A DNA stretch of 19,531 nt from Promethearchaeota archaeon (GTDB lineage Archaea > Asgardarchaeota > Lokiarchaeia > Sigyniarchaeales > SOKP01): NCBI GenBank assembly GCA_019894975.1, contig JAGXNO010000056.1, positions 1 through 19,531 of the forward strand, written 5' to 3'. Positions 15,768 to 19,531 of the stretch are shown here, one piece after another. Within the stretch, counting starts at the first letter, position 1. Each line of letters opens with the position of its first letter. Made by a program: the position numbers and the translations under genes. Below the pieces are notes generated by a model. The model did no database searches and was not told where the DNA came from. It was given only the letters and a program-made list of their open reading frames with translations.

Positions 15768-16652
15768 TTGAAAGAATTTAAGGATAAAGTAGCAGTTATT
15801 ACTGGTGCAGCAAGTGGAATTGGTCTCGGTATAGCCAGAAGAGCTGCAAAAGAAGGTATGAAACTAGTAGTGGCTGATATTGAAAAGGATGCTCTAAAAC
15901 AAACTGAAGAAGAATTTAAGTCATCAGGAACAGAGGTAATATCTGTATTGATTGATGTTTCAAAAGCTGAGGATATTGAAAAGTTAGCTCAAGAAACGAT
16001 AGATGCATTTGGAGAAGTGCATTTACTATGTAATAATGCCGGAGTCGCAGCTCCGGGATTTCTTTGGGAATGTGTTCTGTCAGACTGGAATTGGGTTATA
16101 GGTGTAAATTTATGGGGTGTGATTCATGGGATTCGAACTTTTGTTCCTATAATGCTTCAGCAAGGTAACGAATGTTATATTGTTAATACTTCATCAATGG
16201 CAGGAGTAATGTATGGAGATCCTGGAAATGGAATTTATAGTATCACTAAACAAGGAGTAGTTGCACTTTCAGAGAGCTTACGAACAGGTTTACTACAAAT
16301 GGGAACTAAAATCGGTGTTTCCGTGCTTTGCCCAGGGATTGTAAATACTAGAATTACCAATAGCGAAAGAAATCGTCCAGCAGAATTTCGTGGTTCAGAT
16401 TATATGCCAAGTTTCGACAGAATTGCAAAAAATCATCCTGAACTTGAACAAGCTGTTAAAAATGCTCCAAAAATATGGGAAGCAGGCACCCCGGCCGATC
16501 AATCAGGTGATGTTGTATTTAAGGCAATCAAAAATGAGGTATTTTATATTTTTACCGAAATCGGAGAAGGTTGGGAAACAGGTATGAAAACACGATTTGA
16601 TGGAATTTGGAAGGATTACGATAAAACAAAATCTATATTAAAGGATTTGTAA
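15768..16652 (+). CDS. Classical short-chain dehydrogenase/reductase (probably NAD-preferring)
   Basis: TGAASGIG, VADIE, NNAGV, NTSS, YSITK, LCPG; GAGGA SD before the TTG. Confidence 0.92.
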   Translation: MKEFKDKVAVITGAASGIGLGIARRAAKEGMKLVVADIEKDALKQTEEEFKSSGTEVISVLIDVSKAEDIEKLAQETIDAFGEVHLLCNNAGVAAPGFLWECVLSDWNWVIGVNLWGVIHGIRTFVPIMLQQGNECYIVNTSSMAGVMYGDPGNGIYSITKQGVVALSESLRTGLLQMGTKIGVSVLCPGIVNTRITNSERNRPAEFRGSDYMPSFDRIAKNHPELEQAVKNAPKIWEAGTPADQSGDVVFKAIKNEVFYIFTEIGEGWETGMKTRFDGIWKDYDKTKSILKDL

Positions 16653-16714
16653 AGTAAATAATTGTTGTAATTATAAAAAAATAGTTTAAAAAAATTGAAA
16701 GTTCTTGCTATACA

Positions 16715-18415
16715 TTATAAAGGAGCTTTCAGTTTTTCTTGCTTTTCAAGTGCCTTTTCTCTCAGTTTTCTTCTAAATATTTTACCAACAGCAGTCCGAG
16801 GTAACACATTAATAAATTCTACTTGACGAGGATATTTGTATCCAGTCATTCTTTCTTTTGCCCATTCAATAATTTCCTTTTCAGTTATTTTATCTATAAA
16901 TTCTGAATTTATGACAACATATGCTTTAATTGTTTCTCCTATATTTGGATCAGGAACACCAATTACTCCTGCTTCCATTATAGCAGGATGTTCTACAAGT
17001 TTTTCTTCTACCTCTCTTGCCATTACCTTATATCCCTTATACTTTACCATGTCTTTTGTGCGTCCTTCAATGTAAAAATACCCATTTTCATCCATTCTCG
17101 CTAAATCGCCTGTCCTTAACCATCCATTTACAATATCTTTTTTAGTAGCTTCTGGATTTTTCCAATATCCTTTCATTACCTGAGGACCATTTACTAGAAG
17201 TTCTCCTATTTCTCCAGTTTTAAGTTCTTCTAAAGTGTCAGGATCTACTATAATTACATCTGTTTCGATATTAGGTATACCAATACTATTAGGTTTAATT
17301 TCGGGCATCCATGAGGCAGCAGAAGTCGCGAATGCGGACGATTCTGTCAGGCCATAACCTTGACCTACCTTAAATCCAACAATCTCCTCCCACTTTTTAT
17401 TGTATTCGGGTGCTAATGCAGCTGATCCAGATCCTGCCGATTCAAGACTAGAGAAGTCTGTTTCTGTAAATTCCGGAGAATTTATTATCATCTGGTACAT
17501 TACTGGAACTCCCACAAATAACTTAATTTTATAGTATTCAATTCCCCTTAACACTTCAGATGGATTGAAAGGGAACATTACTAACATACTAGCCCAATAT
17601 AAAGCAATTATTAATATACCAAAGCCCATAGCATGACATAGTGGTAATATGGATAAATTCACTCCATTACCAACATTTTCCTCATATGTGTCGCCTGATG
17701 AATAAGCTAAGTTTATACCACTGTGAAGCAATCCATCATGTGTCCAAATTACTCCTTTTGGCAAACCTGTAGTGCCTCCTGTAAACATTAATGCCACTAT
17801 ATCATTTATGGGATCTATATCTACATCAGGAGGATTAGGGCTTACATCAGTTATCAACTCAGTGAAAGTCATTGTATCAGGCTTCTCCTCTTCAGTTCCA
17901 AGTAAAATCATATTATCAAAATCAACTTGTTTTCGAACCCTCTTAACTGTTCTGAAATTATTTTTGTGAACAAAAAATGCTTTCACATTTCCAGTTTCTC
18001 GAACTATATGAGAAACATCTGATTCCTTTAACAATGGATTTACAGGGATAACAACTGCTCCCGTTTCCATTATTCCAATACAACAAAAAATAAATTCAGC
18101 ACAATTCTCTGACATTATTGCAACCGAATCTCCCTTTTTAATCCCGAATTTAGATAGAGCATTCCCAACTTTATCTGAATAATAAATTAATTCACGGTAT
18201 GTGTATTTTTTATCAGTTGGTTTATGATATATACACACATTGTTGGGGTATTGTCTCGCAATCCATTTTATAAACTCATGGATAGGAATAGGATCAAATT
18301 TAATTGATTTTGGTACATCAGGCTCCCGGAACTTCAACCAAGGTCTATTGGGATTCACATTTGGTGCCTCATTCTCAAAATCCAAATTTATTTTCCAATC
18401 TGAATAATCTTTCAT
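16715..18415 (-). CDS. Long-chain-fatty-acid--CoA ligase-like AMP-forming acyl-CoA synthetase
   Basis: FTGGTTGLPKG, GYGLTE, GPQVMKGYW, WLRTGD, GRTKD, PRTAVGK; GAGGT SD. Confidence 0.93.
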   Translation of the reverse strand: MKDYSDWKINLDFENEAPNVNPNRPWLKFREPDVPKSIKFDPIPIHEFIKWIARQYPNNVCIYHKPTDKKYTYRELIYYSDKVGNALSKFGIKKGDSVAIMSENCAEFIFCCIGIMETGAVVIPVNPLLKESDVSHIVRETGNVKAFFVHKNNFRTVKRVRKQVDFDNMILLGTEEEKPDTMTFTELITDVSPNPPDVDIDPINDIVALMFTGGTTGLPKGVIWTHDGLLHSGINLAYSSGDTYEENVGNGVNLSILPLCHAMGFGILIIALYWASMLVMFPFNPSEVLRGIEYYKIKLFVGVPVMYQMIINSPEFTETDFSSLESAGSGSAALAPEYNKKWEEIVGFKVGQGYGLTESSAFATSAASWMPEIKPNSIGIPNIETDVIIVDPDTLEELKTGEIGELLVNGPQVMKGYWKNPEATKKDIVNGWLRTGDLARMDENGYFYIEGRTKDMVKYKGYKVMAREVEEKLVEHPAIMEAGVIGVPDPNIGETIKAYVVINSEFIDKITEKEIIEWAKERMTGYKYPRQVEFINVLPRTAVGKIFRRKLREKALEKQEKLKAPL

Positions 18416-18460
18416 TAATCTAACCTCAAAAAAAGTTGATTTAATATTAAAATATCCAAA

Positions 18461-18468
18461 CTTATAAA
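18461..18468 (-). promoter_or_regulatory. Candidate TATA box (TTTATAAG) for the acyl-CoA ligase
   Basis: TTTATAAG on the minus strand 45 nt before the ATG, preceded by A-rich ACAAAATA and downstream of the T-tracts ending the previous gene. Confidence 0.4.
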
Positions 18469-18476
18469 TATTTTGT

Positions 18477-18502
18477 AAAAAGAAAAAAATACAGAAAAAA
18501 AA
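18477..18502 (-). terminator. Oligo-T terminator after the second DUF362 gene
   Basis: The minus strand has T8, T7 and T5 runs directly after the TAG at 18506. Confidence 0.5.
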
Positions 18503-18505
18503 TCT

Positions 18506-19531
18506 CTAGCTAATTTGATAGAAAGACTCTTCAAATTCAGGTCTTCCTTTATATTTCGCCATAAAGAATCCCGCTCCTGCTTTATTAGTGTTTTCAAGCA
18601 TCGCACCAGGGAGTTCAATTCCAATTTGACTAAAAGCATGTCGTACATCCTCCATAGAAGGAGGACAGCCTTTAACGGGTATCGCTTCATTTATATCCGG
18701 ATGATCTTTATTCATATTACACTGACATTGCCCAATGAGAATTGTTTTATTCATACCAGGAGTTGGTTTCTGAAGCTTGCCATTGAGAAATTCAACCTTA
18801 TCAAAAGGTTTACCTTTCCTTGATCGCCATGCATTTTTAATAATAAGTAATAACATACCATTAATTCCTGAGCAATATGTGCACAAACTACTGTCGTACT
18901 TATGATATTTTAAACCTTCTACTCCGATTCTTTCTAATGGGAGCGGAAGATCTCCTGCTTCATTGTAAATGAAATCCCATTCATGGTGAGAAGCTAAATC
19001 CTCTATTTTCTCACCAACTACTTCAATATCCGAAAGATCCATTGGTCTTTTTCTATCTTTTGCTGCTTGGGCTAAATGAGGAACATCAGAAGGTTCTATC
19101 CCTAATAATTTAGAACCAACCATATCAGCAGATAAAATATCAGTAGAAGCAACTAGGATATTTTTTCTATGAGCTTTTCCATCGATAGCAGGTCCACGCT
19201 CGAGAGTATAGAGTCCATCAATAATTGTTAACACTTTTTTAAGTTTGTTAGGTAGCTGAGCGATGTTATAGTGCAAGTCTTTTTCTGGATCAGCACTATG
19301 GAATTTTTTTCGTGAAGAATAGTTAATTAGACCCTTCAAGTTTTTAAATCCTAATGTCACGACTGCTTGACTGTGCGTTTTAAGCACTGGAATCGAGATA
19401 ACAACATCAGCTGCTAAAGCATCTGAACAGAATTTGGTTTTAAAACCAGTTCCTAGATCTACCTTCTCAAAGGGGTGCTCAAAAGTATTGATTGGTTTTA
19501 CACCATATTTTTCTTTGAGAATATTATACCC
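18506..19531 (-). CDS. DUF362-domain Fe-S protein, paralog of 12920..15016; 5' end outside the window
   Basis: The frame is open to the window edge (GYNILKEKYGVKPINTFEHPFEKVDLG...ISIPVLKTHSQ), so the track's GTG 19387 is internal. CTYC...GQCQC...KGCPP present. It ends where the other paralog's extra domain begins. Confidence 0.88.
   Translation of the reverse strand, partial: GYNILKEKYGVKPINTFEHPFEKVDLGTGFKTKFCSDALAADVVISIPVLKTHSQAVVTLGFKNLKGLINYSSRKKFHSADPEKDLHYNIAQLPNKLKKVLTIIDGLYTLERGPAIDGKAHRKNILVASTDILSADMVGSKLLGIEPSDVPHLAQAAKDRKRPMDLSDIEVVGEKIEDLASHHEWDFIYNEAGDLPLPLERIGVEGLKYHKYDSSLCTYCSGINGMLLLIIKNAWRSRKGKPFDKVEFLNGKLQKPTPGMNKTILIGQCQCNMNKDHPDINEAIPVKGCPPSMEDVRHAFSQIGIELPGAMLENTNKAGAGFFMAKYKGRPEFEESFYQIS

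Noticed and set aside
312-18823. Short overlapping ORFs in the track (312-551, 5391-5573, 7538-7732, 7692-7955, 10210-10428, 10419-10607, 11438-11692, 11635-11877, 13743-13973, 14024-14212, 16390-16587, 16836-17075, 17772-17969, 18415-18690, 18515-18823)
   Set aside because: They are shadow or alternate-frame ORFs over better-supported genes and show no recognisable motifs.
19435-19448. 14-bp palindrome TGGTTTTAAAACCA
   Set aside because: It lies inside the DUF362 coding frame (GFKT) and is mostly AT, so it is likely chance.

Overview
AT-rich (roughly one-third GC by eye) prokaryotic metabolic region. It looks archaeal: GGTGA/GAGGT Shine-Dalgarno motifs, TATA-like boxes, oligo-T terminators, a stand-alone Lrp RAM domain and an MTH1675-like protein. 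The gene style suggests Asgard/Lokiarchaeia, which is an inference. Gene order: partial Lrp/AsnC-domain gene, membrane protein, QueG-like Fe-S protein, GPH-family MFS transporter, PK_C-like protein, divergent kbl/tdh threonine catabolism pair, GctAB-like CoA transferase, compact HDAC, AhpD/CMD-like gene with an in-frame TAG and TPR-like tail, GH29 alpha-L-fucosidase, 5'-truncated phosphotransferase, then a methyltransferase, SDR and acyl-CoA ligase bracketed by two paralogous DUF362/Fe-S genes. No RNA gene, CRISPR array, transposase or integrase was seen. Most notable: (i) a 32-bp direct repeat with an internal 7-7-7 palindrome and a compensatory base-pair change flanks the fucosidase, and both copies also read as twin micro-ORFs; (ii) a 28-bp direct repeat flanks the CoA-transferase pair, so 6.3-12.8 kb looks like a mosaic of repeat-bounded cassettes; (iii) the two DUF362 paralogs share a CxxC/GxC/GCP Fe-S motif like that of hydrogenase small subunits and NuoB, and one carries an extra ~250-aa Ig/FN3-like tail.
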